NCBI RefSeq assembly: GCF_006345805.1
Contig: NC_043017.1
Location: 18,042,001-18,106,000, forward strand
From: Octopus sinensis
Lineage: Eukaryota
Direction: 5' to 3'
DNA: 64,000 nt
Shown here in pieces: positions 11,230 to 25,324 of the stretch. Below the pieces are notes generated by a model. It saw nothing but the letters and a program-made list of their open reading frames with translations. It made no database searches and was not told where the DNA came from. The translations under genes and the position numbers were made by a program. The first letter of the stretch is position 1; each line of letters starts with the position of its first letter.

Positions 11230-14200
11230 CTGAAATATATTATATGAATAGCATTAAATTCATCATCATCATCGTTTAACGTCCGTTCTCCATGCTAGCA
11301 TGGGTTGGACGGTTCAACCGGGGATCTGGGAAGCCAGAAGGCTGCACCAGGCTCCGGTCTTATCTGGCAAAGTTTCTACAGCTGGATGCCCTTCCTAACG
11401 CCAACCACTCCGTGAGTGTAGTGGGTGCTTTTTACGTGACACCTGATTGTGCCATTGACAGTTGTTGCAGTGATGATGAGGCAGGTGAAACTTGCGTGTA
11501 GACTTTAAGTTAATAGGGAAGCTTCTATATGATTGCTTGACCTACTAGAAATGGTAACCACATATTTTTCAAATCATACAATCTTTAAAAAATTGGAAGT
11601 ATAATATAGTTCTAGATACACTATGTCTGGGGGGAAAAAACAGAGCCAGGATAGTTTGCTGAGTGGCTAAACAACAAAACTAAGAAACCAAAGTTTTGTT
11701 TGAAAACATCTGCCATATTACAAAAGCGATAGATGCCAGAGTTGTGTTGCTGTAACAATAAATTATAGTTGTGGTAATGATGGATATGTAGTATTAAGTA
11801 TAATGGAACAACAGTAATGGTGGGGAAGATCTTAAGTCAGACAAGAAGGGAAAGTGCCTATGAAAATCTTTCTAACTTTCTTGAAACTGGTGTGGTTGAT
11901 GTTTAACTCTTTAGTGTTCACATTATTCTGCCAAAATTAATCCTTTTTATCCAAATTGTTTTGAATTAATCATGCATTATCTTGTAGCGATGAGATTTTG
12001 ATGAGGTAGCTGTTAATTTTTAAAACGATATTGTAGGGTTGGTGTGAGAGACCAGATCCGGCCACTTTGTACATAAAACAGGCAGAATACTTTCGGACAG
12101 ATATGGCCGGTTTAAATGCTAAAGGGTTAACCTGAACATTTATAAAGACTTTCAGTGGACTGTAGTTCTAGGTAGGCTGGACTACATGAAGTATTTAGTG
12201 CAGGGTGAGGAAGGTTAAGCTCAGTAAAGAGTAACAAAAGAAGGGTGTAAGTTTAGGTGGTGTTCAAAAGAACGTGATTATTATGGAAGTAGAAAAAAAA
12301 AAAGAGAGGAAAGTATGCATCTGCAGTGTTGGCTTAACTAACAGCTACTGAATTAATGGTGGGGATCTCTTTAACCCTTTCTTTACAAACCCAGCTGAAA
12401 CCGGCTCTGAGTACAAATGTCTTGTTTTCATAAGTTTTGAATTAAAATCTTCCATTAACCCTTAGTCACAATTTATGTTCCTAACACTAGCTGAATGATA
12501 ACTAAGCTATTGTACTAAATTCTTTGTTATATTTAAAGTAACTGAAAGAAACACAGAGCATCTCAATAAATACAGTAACGAAAGGGTTAAGGTCAAACAA
12601 GCTGCAAGAGAAAACAGCCAGACTTCCCTAATATACAATATTGTCTTTAAAAAGGGAAGAAAGCATTGGACAATGTAGTTCTAGATATACAATATTTGAA
12701 TAAAAGGTCAAGATGAACAGAGCTGGTCTGCTTGATCAAGGTTGACCCAGCACAACACATCACTAGTTAAATTGTTGTGATGGTAATGTAACAGAGAATG
12801 CAAAATGGTCATGTGTTGATGAGGCAATAAATGTTGGATAAAAGATCTGGAAGAGTAACACTTACCTGATATTTACTTATAGCAGTGTCTCTGGTTTCGT
12901 CAATGATCACATGTCCAAGAGGATCATCTTTTTGAGGTTCTGGTGGTGGTGGAGTCTTCTTCATACATCTGAGAAAAGAGAAAAACATTACTATATATAT
13001 ATGCCATACAGTGTTACAAACATGTATGTACCAATAAATATCAATAAACACTTGCAAACTGATGTAAATGCTCTACAAACAGCAACTATAAACCTATAGC
13101 CTGATATGTGTGTGTGTGTGTGTGTGTGTGCTGTATAAACATTATATATAGGTACAACCCGATAACACATACGTGTGTGTTGTATAAACATACTAGCTCA
13201 AAATAACTAATAACAGAAATCCAAACTTACTGTTTTCTCTTCCTCCCGCTGACTTGCAATCCATCTCCAGCCCAGGATCCCCAACCAGGAAGAGTAAGGT
13301 CAATGTCCTTGGGCCTATTTCTTTCCTTTACTGCCTTTTTTTCCTCCTTAAACTCTTCAATGACATCATCATTGGCAAATGCCTGGCTTAGCGTCAATTT
13401 GTCATCATTGCCATCAGATTCACCAGCCTTGTCCTCTTCCATCTCATCTTCCTCCTCTACCATATTTGTCTGGATAGATGTTGCAATTGGAGTGCTCATA
13501 TCAAGGATCTGTTTTGGATCAAGACTGATATCACTTGTTGGAACAAGTGGTTCAGCATATTTAGATCTGGGGGCAGTATCTCGCAGCGATTTAGGAATTT
13601 CATCCATAGCTTCCTCAACAATCATGTTGTCGTCATTTTGTATTGACTGAGCTGTTGACTTCAACTTCTTTACTGTAATGCGAGTGGCACACATCCATGC
13701 ATTACTGCCTCTCGCGCTTACACTTTCTGTGTTTTCTGGCAGGCTATCATCACTTTCATTATCACTCCCTCTGCAATCTTCATCATCATCATCATCATTA
13801 TCTTCTGCAATAACAGGTAGTTTCTTTGTTAGCTCTCGGTTTTTTTTAACCATATCACTTATTCTTTGCTGGGTCTAAAAAAGAGCAATAGAGAAGAAAA
13901 ATGCATGAGAGATACAAAGACAGAGATAAGAAATGGATGAATAATTATAAATCAAAAATATAAAGGTAACACTACAGAGTGGATAAAGGAGATATATTGG
14001 AGTGAGGTAATTACAGAGGCATTAAATTTAGATCAGATTATGAAAGTTACAGAAAGAGCTATAGCTGAACTGATTAGGAAGAGAATTAATTTGGATGAAA
14101 CATAGTCCACCAACTTCATCTGAAATCCTCCTTCCAAGTACAAAGCTGAAGACTAACCTCAAGATGTATCTTACGCATCATCATCGTTTAACGTCCGTTT

Positions 14201-14287
14201 TCCATGTTAGCATGGGTTGGATGGTACGACCGGGGTCTGGGAAGCCAGGAGGCTGCACCAGGCCCAGTCTGATCTGGCAGTGTTTCT

Positions 14288-14365
<78 letters not shown>

Positions 14366-17300
14366 AAAGGCGGCAAGCTGGCAGAATTGTTAGCACGCTG
14401 GGCAAAATGCTTAGCGGTATTTCGTTTGCTGTTACATTCTGAGTTCAAATTCCGCCAAGGTCAACTTTGCCTTTCATCCTTTCGGGGTCGATAAATTAAG
14501 TACCAGTTATGCACTGGGGTCAATGTAATCGACTTAATCCGTTTGTCTGCCCTTGTTTAGCCCCTTGTGGGTAATAAAGAAATATATATATATATATATA
14601 AACATATGTATGTACATGGATGATGATGACATACATATATACATTATTATTTTAAAATCCATTTTCCATGCTTGCATGGGTTGGGTGAGATTACATTAGA
14701 GCAGAGTTCTCAATGGTTGAATGCCTTATCACTGAACCTCTTTGAAACAAGGTAATAATTTCACAGTTCATCCAACAGCACATAACCTTGACGTGGGTAC
14801 ACAGAAAACTGGAAACAAACAACATCACATGAACAGGCAATTTAATCAAGCAAGATCATGCTTTTGCAGTGGACTGCAAGCAGAGAGTACAGTTTGCATG
14901 AACATGTAACTTTACATGTAGTTACTACATGTAAAGAAACAGAAAAAATATAAAATCATTCTCATACACACATATAACAGACTTCTTTCAGTTTCCACCA
15001 ACCAAATACCCTCTTTTGGTTGGTCTGGAGTCACAATATAAGACACTTGCCTAAAATATCATGCACTGAGACTGAAACTACATGGTTGGAAAGTGAACTT
15101 CTTAACCACAAAGCCATGCATGTGGTGTGTCCATGCATACACATATTATGGTTCCGGCTGTCTAGTTGACCACAATTCACACTAGCTAAGATCCAAAGTA
15201 AAACAGTTAACTCACATTAGGATCATATTTGGCATACATCATCTGTCTTTTCTGGAATTTACTACCTCCACGATGTTTTAATGAAATCCGTTCCTGAAAA
15301 TATGGAAAAAAAACAAACAAAATAAACAAAGAGGAAAAATCCTTAGAAAATAACAGAACTGGTGCTGCTGCTTAGCAAAAACAACGCACTGGAAAATACA
15401 TTACAAGCCATAGATATGCTATGTTTTTGGAAAAGAATACAAGGTAGTTACAGCTGATCATAGTTATGTTCAGTCAAAATTAACCAGGGCTTAACAACAA
15501 TTGTATACAGTTGAAATTTAGTTGCTATGATTCACCAATGACAGCTGGCTCTCCAACTTACCTTAGCATGAGATTTTTCAACGATCTTCATTTGGTTCAG
15601 GAATTTTTCCGGATCATCTGTTGCCAATTCATTAACACGAGATTTTTCCTTCTCAAGCTTGTCTCTTTTCAACACACGTCGATAACTACAAGAGAAATTA
15701 AAGATTATATTACAAAATGCAAGAATACTGATCATAACACTGAAACACACACCAGCATATTAATGCTGCTGTAAGTAAAATTGTAGCTACTTTACAAATC
15801 TGGGACCTACAGTTACATTTTTCACACCCTGGTTACATCCCTACTTAATAATTGATAACATAGTCCAGCACTGATACCATTATCTACTACATATGTGGGG
15901 AAATTCTGTCTGGGTGTGTTTGTTTACGGAGTTGTTAGCTTTAGCTAACTCCTCCTACATTCATCATCATTATCATCGTTTAACGTCTGTTTTCTAAACT
16001 AGTATGGGTTGGATGGTTTGACTGTGGTCTGGGAAGCCAGGAGGTTGCACCAGGCTCCAGTCTGATTTGGCAGTAGTTTTACAGCTGGATGCCCTTCCTA
16101 ACACCAACCATTCTGCGAGTGAATGCAATGAGCATTAACAAGGTCCAGAGACAGTCCTTGAACATGGTAGGTTTGAACCTTGCAGAACCAATTTTCTCCC
16201 ATGGCCAACTTTATGTGGGACGGTCAAGAGTCAGCAATCCTAATTATTTGTTTATTTATGCCCCACAATGAAAGAACAAAAATGTTATTTATCAAGAAGC
16301 TCTGCAAATTTAGTAAGATTCACCAAATCATCAGGTATTTATTATTTAATTGTAATGTTTGTAAGTGTATTGATAATCTACATATTTTATTTTTAAATCT
16401 ATATACAAATTTATTTGTATGTCTACTGTAAAACTAAATATCAGTGCTTCTACATTCATTGTAAATCTATTTCAACACTAGCACCCCTGAGGGTAATATT
16501 CTCTGGGAATGCACAAAAGCCCTTTTCAAAGTTATTTACTTTGAATTATTATATCATATCTGATTAGCCTGTTGTTACGTAACATGCTTCACGATTTTAG
16601 TATACATACCTTATTGGTATTTCCTCCTAAGTTCTATATACTGTGGGAACGCATTAAAGCCCTTTTTGGGGCTACTTTATTTGAATTCTTACTATCGGGT
16701 AACTAATTTCCTGTTATTACATGACTGACTTCACAATTTGGGTATTCATAATTTATTGGGAATTCCTAAAATCAAAATCCTATGTAAGACAGGTTGGTAT
16801 TCTCTGTAAATGCACAAAAACCGTCTTAAGGGCTACATACTTTGTATTGTTGTTATTGGATTAGTGAAACAATTATGAGAAATGAAACCAAGGGATAAGC
16901 CCCGCTTTTCCGGGAATTACCAGGTATGTCAGCTAGTAAACCACTAAGTGTTTGCTCCACATATATCTTCACCAATGAGGTTAATATTTCTCCTGCAAAA
17001 AATAGTTTTTACAAGTTGATGGCTCACCTTCATCTGCTCAACCCCAGTCTTATTCTAACAAACACGTCACTCAATTTCCCCTTCATTCCTTTCCAGTTGA
17101 CAATCCCTTGATAACACACCTGTTTTTTATTCATTATTTTTGTTTAGCTCTGGATTAGCCTAACAGAACTATGATCAAAACATCCTGACCATGACCATTC
17201 CATTTTCAGAGACATCTAGGACCACATTATCTAATGTGTTCTTTGTTTTTTAGGATAGCAGAGTGTGGATCAAGGGAAATCTAGCATCTGTTTTTAGTTA

Positions 17301-20300
17301 AGTCAAACGACCCCACAGAGAGTTTCTCTCTTTGGTTTTTGACTAAGTTGTTTCACATTTTCTTTTGATAGATCTAACATACCCCACAGTTTAACACCAT
17401 TCACTCTGTTTCAAGCCCACATTTTCTCTACAGATGTTGAAGTTGAACATCAATCACATAAATCTAGAAGGATCTGCAAATATAAACACTATCTTCCTGC
17501 CTCTGACCAACTGATACAAAAACTTTTAAGTCAGTCAACAGATAATTATCATTTGGAAACATACCGCTTGCTTTTAATTTTGTTTTTCCACCGCTGCTTA
17601 ATTTCTTGGTAACTTAACAAGGCTCTATATTTCATCAACTCACTTCGCCGTATTTGGGCCTGAAAGAGAAAATAATCTCATATTAGGACATGTTCTTATC
17701 AATTACATGCTAATTGGAACTTTGCACACCAGTTTTTCATGTAAACAAGTTTAATAGCCCTTTGCTTAACCCTTCTCCATTTCAAAACGAAGGGACAATC
17801 TAAGTGGTATCCTCAGTGTAACATAGCCAATGCTGTGGCAGAGAGAAGAATCAATTCCACACAGAAAAGAGAAAAACCAAAATTAATCTTGATGAGATTT
17901 GAACTCATAAAAGGAAAAAAAAATAGAAGGCATTCTACCCGACGCTCAAACTTCTCTGCCAATCTACCATCTATTTCACTTAGTGAATTAGGGGATCTAA
18001 ATGTGTGTGATGTGTGCAAATCTTCCAACCAGTCACAGAAATAGAAGCTCTGTACTCAGTTACAGATTCTGTAAGCAGATGAGAGACAATATTCTCGTTG
18101 AATAAGATGATAGTATATTCCAGACAAACTTACCTCACAAAAAAAAAATAAAAGGTTTTATACCTATTTCTTCAACTTAATAAAAAGAGGTAAGAAAAAT
18201 GCTTTGTTCTTACAAGTATAATGAAATGCCTAAAATTGAAAATAAATTTGTGACCAAAGACTTGCTAGCTGGATAATTTATACAACTGGCAACTATATGG
18301 ATATTACAAATATCACAAAAACCAAAATGAGACTTTGGTAAGAGGTAAGAGCTAAGCACATCCCACCACACCTGTTTGTTTTTTTTAATTGCTAACAGGA
18401 TTAACCCTAGTATAGACATCAGTCTATTAGAAGTCCTAAATGATCAGGTAATTATTCTTACAATTAAGGTGAACTAAGGCTATAGTGTACTATTCCAGAA
18501 ACACTATGATGAGAGAGAAATATCTCCTGCAATAGAAGAACAGTCTATCATAGAAAACACTCCTAAATGACCAAGGAGCTATTCTTATCAACAGTTGGCA
18601 ATTGCATTGTACAATATATCATACTGCCACAAAGAAAACAATATGAGATAAATTTCTTCCTGGATATGAAATCAGTCTATCACAAGTAATATTTCTTATC
18701 GATCAACATCAATGGAAATTGCAGCTGTGATATCAGTGCCGGTGGTACATAAGAGAACCATCTGAACGTGGCCGTTGCCAGCGCCGCCCCGACTGGCCTC
18801 GTGCCGGTGGCACATAAAAAGCACCATCAGATTGTGGCCATCGCCAGCCTCACCTGGCCCCCGTGCCGGTGGTACATAAAAAGCACCATCCGATCGAGAC
18901 CATTTGCCAGCCTCGACTGGCACCTGTGCCGGTGGCACTTAAAAAGCAACCACTACACTCACGGAGTGGTTGGTGTTAGGAAGGTCATCCAGCTGTAGAA
19001 ACATTGCCAGATCAGACTGGGCCTGGTGCAGCCTTCTGGCTTCCCAGACCCCAGTTGAACCGTCCAACCCATGCTAGCATGGAAAGCGGATGCTAAACGA
19101 AGATGATGATGATGTAATACCTAGTCTTACTGACAGCTATCTGGAGAGAATTAAAGTAGAATATAGAGGACCACACAACAGAGAGATTACGTCTCCTTGG
19201 ATATGAGAGTCTATCTAAGATAGTAATTCCTGATGATCTGCTGCTACCTATTAATAGACAAGCTAAGTGAACAGGGGTTTTAAGAAATTTTGTAATACAT
19301 CAGCATTTACGGTAATAATAAAAAATCCACATATACACATGGATATATGTATATTTGCATAACTATATACAGAGTGTTTGGGTTAAACTTGACAGTTTGC
19401 ATAAAAGGAAAAGAAAACAATATCCCATCCAAAAATAAAGGTATTTTAAAAAATCAAAAAATATCAATTAGCTACGGCTGGGAGATAATCTACTATAAGT
19501 AACTATCCTCACCTTCCACCATGGTCTCAACACAGCCCCAGAATTTAGCACATGCATTCCTCACTGCGTCCCTAAGAAGACCCTTAAACACCTCTTTGAT
19601 CTTAGCCACCTGCTCAGCCTTGGTGTTGCATGTAGAGTAGTTCATGTCTTTCTCAACCATGTCCCACAGATATTCATGGGATTACAATTGGGGGAATTAG
19701 TAAGTCAGAAATTGGGGTTGAAGTTATAGAAATTCTCCAACAACCACTTCAGACTCTTTGTGGAGGAATGGCAAGGAACCAAATCCTGCTGCCACACAGA
19801 AGGCCTTCCAGGAGCAACTTTCTCCAACCAGGATTTGACCAGTCTCCAACAGCTTCATAAAGCTGCATGAATTGAGCCCAAGGCCCAGTTCAAAGATGAG
19901 GGATAGCATCCCTGGCTCAACAGGATGCCCCAGCTTGTTCAGGAGCTTCTTTACTTTCGTCAAGTAGTTCTCCTTGCCCCAAAACAAATACCACAAAATA
20001 TTATCTATTATTGATGACGATGAAGAAGAAGAGGAGGAGGAGCAATCAGAGAGTGCAAACCTCCACCAAGACAACACCAACGTCCTCAACAATTAGCCAG
20101 AGATGATTTTTAAAATGAGAATATCTAAAATAAACTCAACTGCTCTCACAAATGAGAATGATAAAAATGGACGCTCTCAAAAATTAAGTAAAAAAAAACA
20201 AGAAAAATAATCCAGAATCCTCGTCCAGTACTGGATTAATCCCAAAATCTAATCAGTTTGTGCCAGTCACAAGGCCAAACATCCTTGAAAGTTTCATCCA

Positions 20301-23300
20301 AATCCATCCAGCAGTTCTTGAGATATCTTGACCATGGACATACATACATACAAACAAACATAACTGAAAACAATACCTCTGCCTTCGCTAAGGTGGAGGT
20401 AATAATATTTGATCTGCAGGCACAAGCTCGTAGGCAAAAGTCCACAAAAATACAAATAACTAGAATGACTCTAGAATTTGGCAGGTGATCATTTTATCAA
20501 ACCAGGCAGATAAAGTTATCAGCAGGATTAAAAACCAGAATATAAACAGACATCATGAAATACCATAAGTCATTTCATCCCATGCTCTGAAAATTCAACC
20601 ACTAACCAATTTCATTATTAATAGTAATTAAAAAAATATAAGACTTAATAATAACACAAATCATTATATAATTAATAAACAAGATAGTTTTTACCTTCTT
20701 GAGATCCATTGCTTTCAAAGCACGTTGTTCAACTTTTGATAGAGGCTGGGTTTCAGTTGGCATGTGTTCATCTCCATGAAGTAGCTTATACACCTCAATC
20801 TCAAGAGAATTTTGAGGCTGTGAAGAACATGACAAATGATAAGAATAAAATGATTTATAACACATTGGCACAAGGCTACAAATGAAAATATCTGAGTACA
20901 GAATGTAAGCAAAAATCACAGTGAATTTCATGTGATAGTATACTGATTCTACAAGCCAAGTGTGTGTGAGTGCACAAACATGTATGTTTGTGCACACAAA
21001 CGTTTGCTTACTATTGTGCTTCTCTGAAAATCACTCAGCTACTGCCAAATCCACTGTCAACAGGTCATCCATTGACTTTGCACCTTTAAAGGCATGTGGA
21101 ATAAGACCTTAGAGTTTGTGACAGGAAGGGCACCTGGCTGTAAGACAAGGCCTTAAAATCCTTAAAAATGTTTCAGCCCGAAGGCCGCAGCCATGCTGGG
21201 GCACCACCGCTGAAAATATATTTGTCTAACCCATGCTCGCATGGTAAAATAGAACCATAGGGATGTGTAAACAATCCAACCCAAGAAACTATAAAAGAAA
21301 CACTAAATGTGGAATAATAATGAAAGCTTAATTTTTGCTGAGTAGGTGATTACAAAAACCTAATTAGATTGGGTTGTCTGGGGAAAGTCATACTGCCTTA
21401 GTATCTAACACACTCATCGGTCCAATTTCCACTCCATTATTATTATTTTTTTTTTTTGTCTTTCAAAAATTTACATTGCTTTTGCAACCTTATCAATGGA
21501 TGTTGATTCAGTCTGTAATTGGAGATGCATTTTACTTTTGCATTTGAGACTCTGTTATATGCGTGTGCATGGGTGCACACCAGTGTACTTGTGTGAGCAC
21601 ATATGTATGTATTCTGCATATTAGTTTTTTTTGTTTGTGTGTGAGTGTGTGTGTCTATTTGTGTGTAGCTCTGCCAAAGACCAACATGGAGACACACTGG
21701 GCCAACTTGACTTCCACATTTTACCCAAGCACTTGAAGGCCCCATCACTCAGACAAATACATGAATACATCCTCATAAATAAAACGTACCCCATACTAAA
21801 TAGGAAAAACACATAGGAGGTAGAGATACCCCAATACCTACAGAATATACATGCATAAGTACATTTGCTAATAGGCAGTTAAGTAGGTAAATAGATATGT
21901 AGGTAAACAGATAGATAGGTAGGTAGGTAAGTACTTAGGTAATATGGAGACACACACACACACTCAAAAGGAGACGGAAATACATGACCATATATACACA
22001 CACACTCCACATATGCACACAAAGACACATCCATATATAACAGACACGCGTACAAAATCACAAACTCATACATACACATGCAAGGAAGCAGAGCTACACA
22101 CACAAGCATACAAGCACACAAACACATGAATATGCAGAATACATACATACACACACATGCATATACACACACACATATGTACACATGCATATACACATAC
22201 ATATGTGCATATGCATATACACACACACGCACATGTACATATGCATATACACACACACACACACGTACATATGCATATACACACACACACACACACACAC
22301 GTACATATGCATATACACACACACATATGTAGAATACATACATACACACACACATGCATATACACACACACATATGTACACATGCATATACACATACATA
22401 TGTGCATATGCATATACACACACACGCACATGTACATATGCATATACACACACACACACGTACATATGCATATACACACACACACACACGTACATATGCA
22501 TATACACACACACACACGTACATATGCATATACACACACACATACGTACATATGCATATACACACACACACGTACATATGCATATACACACATACATATG
22601 CATATACACACATACATATGCATATACACACACATACATATGCATATACACACACATACATATGCATATACACACACATACATATATACACATGCATATA
22701 CACACATGCATATACACACACATATACACACATGCATATACACACACATATACACACATGCATATACACACACACATACATATATACATATGCATATACA
22801 CACACACATACATATATACATATGCATATACACACACACATACATATATACATATGCATATACACACACACATACATATGCATATACACACACACATACA
22901 TATATACATACACAAGCATGCAACAAAATCCCAAACAGACAAAAGGAACACAACTATAATAACCGGCAGTCAACATCTGTTGCAAAAGTAACGAAAATTT
23001 TTGGAAGACACAAATAAATCAATACCCTGCTTTTGCTTACACGTACAGGGTAAAAAAATTAAATGAATGGAAATTGAACCGGTGCATGTATTGGATATTA
23101 AGACAGTATGACTCCTCCCACAAATTCACTTAAAGACTCTTGCAAATCAGATACAAAAATAAAGCTAATTAGATTAGATTTTACCTTAAAATATTTCTGC
23201 ATACTGGTTTTATCAAGAACTTCCACTCTTTCGTTTTTCTCTGGAAATTGAAGAACATCCTTCTGCAAGCAGTGATAGAAGACGGAAAAGAAAATAGTAC

Positions 23301-25272
23301 ATCATAATAATAGGACAAAGGGCATGTCTACTGCATAAAGAGCAGATGAGAGAGAGAACGAGAGAGAGAGGGAAAGAGTATGTGTGTGAGGCTATGGCCA
23401 AATGATTAGTAAGTTGACTTCACAAGAACTGAGATTCAATATAAATGTGCCCATCTATATTATCACACCCACATAAATACAAGTGTGGGGTATACTCAAA
23501 TGGTTATTAAGTTCACTTCACAGTCATCGGGTCCTAGTTCTCTCCAACTATATGGCATCATTGGCAAGAGTTTTACCATAAATTCAGGTCAACTCAAGCT
23601 TTGAGAGTGAAAAGAGATAGAAACTGGGTGGAAACCTATTGGTCAGAGAAATCCTACAATTTAAAGACCCAACTTTATTACTAATTAACTCTATGACTAT
23701 GTCAGACATGATCAAATAGACTTGTGGTCAAAGACATTCCATCAATGACCACCTTGTCCTTTTTTCATTAAATAGTGTATCTAGGAAGACCATTATGTAA
23801 TGTCTTACTTTTTTCAAAGTAGTATGGCTGCAGTATATAGCAGAATAAGTCAATATAAAGGCTACCTTGTAGATGGAAATATGTTGAATCTGCCTGAAAA
23901 TTATGCAAATAGTATATGTGTCTGTGGAATATTCAGCCTCTTACTCCATAGTTCAGTAAGTAGGTGGTTTCTTTGTTGAACCACAAAGACACTCATACAT
24001 GGAAATCCCATCGGGTGTGTGTAATTCTTTTTTTAAATAAATTGGTCGGAGTAAGAGGAATACTACCCATGACTTTCATGCATGCTTCGAAACAGGTGAG
24101 ACTGAATTAGCTAATGCCCAGCCCTTAATGGATTCTACAATTTCAATGTGTGCAAGACACGAGATCAGCAATATAACAGAAGGAAATCTGTTAAAAAAAT
24201 GGTGGTGTAAGTCAGGCATTACATCTTTTCCTACGATACAAATAAAAGCATTCAAGACCTGATGGTGATGGTGGTGTTAAATATCTGCAGCAACAAAAGA
24301 GAAATGAGCTGAGCAGAGTCCACTGAATGTGTATAACTAAGTTGTGAAAGTTTGAATGAATGCTTGTGAAATAAAGAACTGGGTTTACCAGAGGTGTCAA
24401 CTTAAGTAACAAGAAAAGGAGATACTGGTAGACATATAAGTGTACATGGGTGGCTCAAATAACAGAAGTTGACTGCCATAAATAAAGTCTGCCTTGGTCT
24501 TCCAAGCTTATGGAGACAGAGCTTATATATATGGGTCTCCAAGGAATTCAGTTAAGTGAGACTTCAAGACTTCCTCCTGAACAGATTTCCAGTCTGTCAC
24601 AAGGCGAACTCCTAACTGCTACTGGTACATATTTTTAGTTGAGTGGGCTGGAGCAGAGAGAAATGAAATGTCTTGCTCAAGAATACAATGTGCTGCCTGG
24701 TCTGAAAATTAACTCCATGAACCCTAACGACCTAACCACAAGGCCACAAACCTTCACTTGACTGCCATAAGGAGAACAAAAATGAAGTGGAGCAATGAAT
24801 AAAAACAAGAAAATTATGTGTGTGTGTGACTTTATGCAGGAGGAAAAAGATTTCATAACAAAAAGAAAAGAAACTCAAGAGATGAGCACAATGTACTGTC
24901 CCAGAACATACCTTACGGTTATCCCAAACTACATTGTCCCACATTGACAGTTCTTCACAAGTTTTAGTGAATGCAGTAGCTCGGTCAATCTGTGAAATGA
25001 AAGATTTTAAATTAGTTTATGTAAAAAAGAAAATAAAAAGGATATATTTTATAGTTTGAAATAGAAAAAAATAACTGAACTATTTTAAAACAGTCCGGTA
25101 AACACAAGTTATTAACAACATTCATGCACACACACACATAACACGACGGGCACAGGCATAGCTGTGTGGTAAAGAAGATTGCTTCCAAACCATGTGATTT
25201 CAGACTTCTACTATAGTTTGAACCAGTCAAAGCCTTTTGAGTGGATTTGGTAGTTGGAAACTGAAAGAAGCC

Positions 25273-25324
<52 letters not shown>

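Noticed and set aside
13303-13878. Ser-rich plus-strand ORFs
   Set aside because: Antisense shadows of the acidic UTP14 exon 11.
17813-18044. Structured RNA between tggcagaga / tctctgcca inverted repeats in UTP14 intron 7
   Set aside because: Only a 9-bp complement and a B-box-like hairpin. No convincing C/D or H/ACA box arrangement.
19724-20092. 122-aa ORF as a host gene
   Set aside because: It is an off-frame reading of the degenerate Tc1/mariner fragment plus a GAA/GAG microsatellite.
21879-23017. Stack of 200-368-aa ORFs on both strands (His/Thr/Tyr or Cys/Val/Met rich)
   Set aside because: They are a by-product of the RY-alternating repeat, which cannot contain TAA/TAG/TGA. They lie in a UTP14 intron with no splice or Kozak support.
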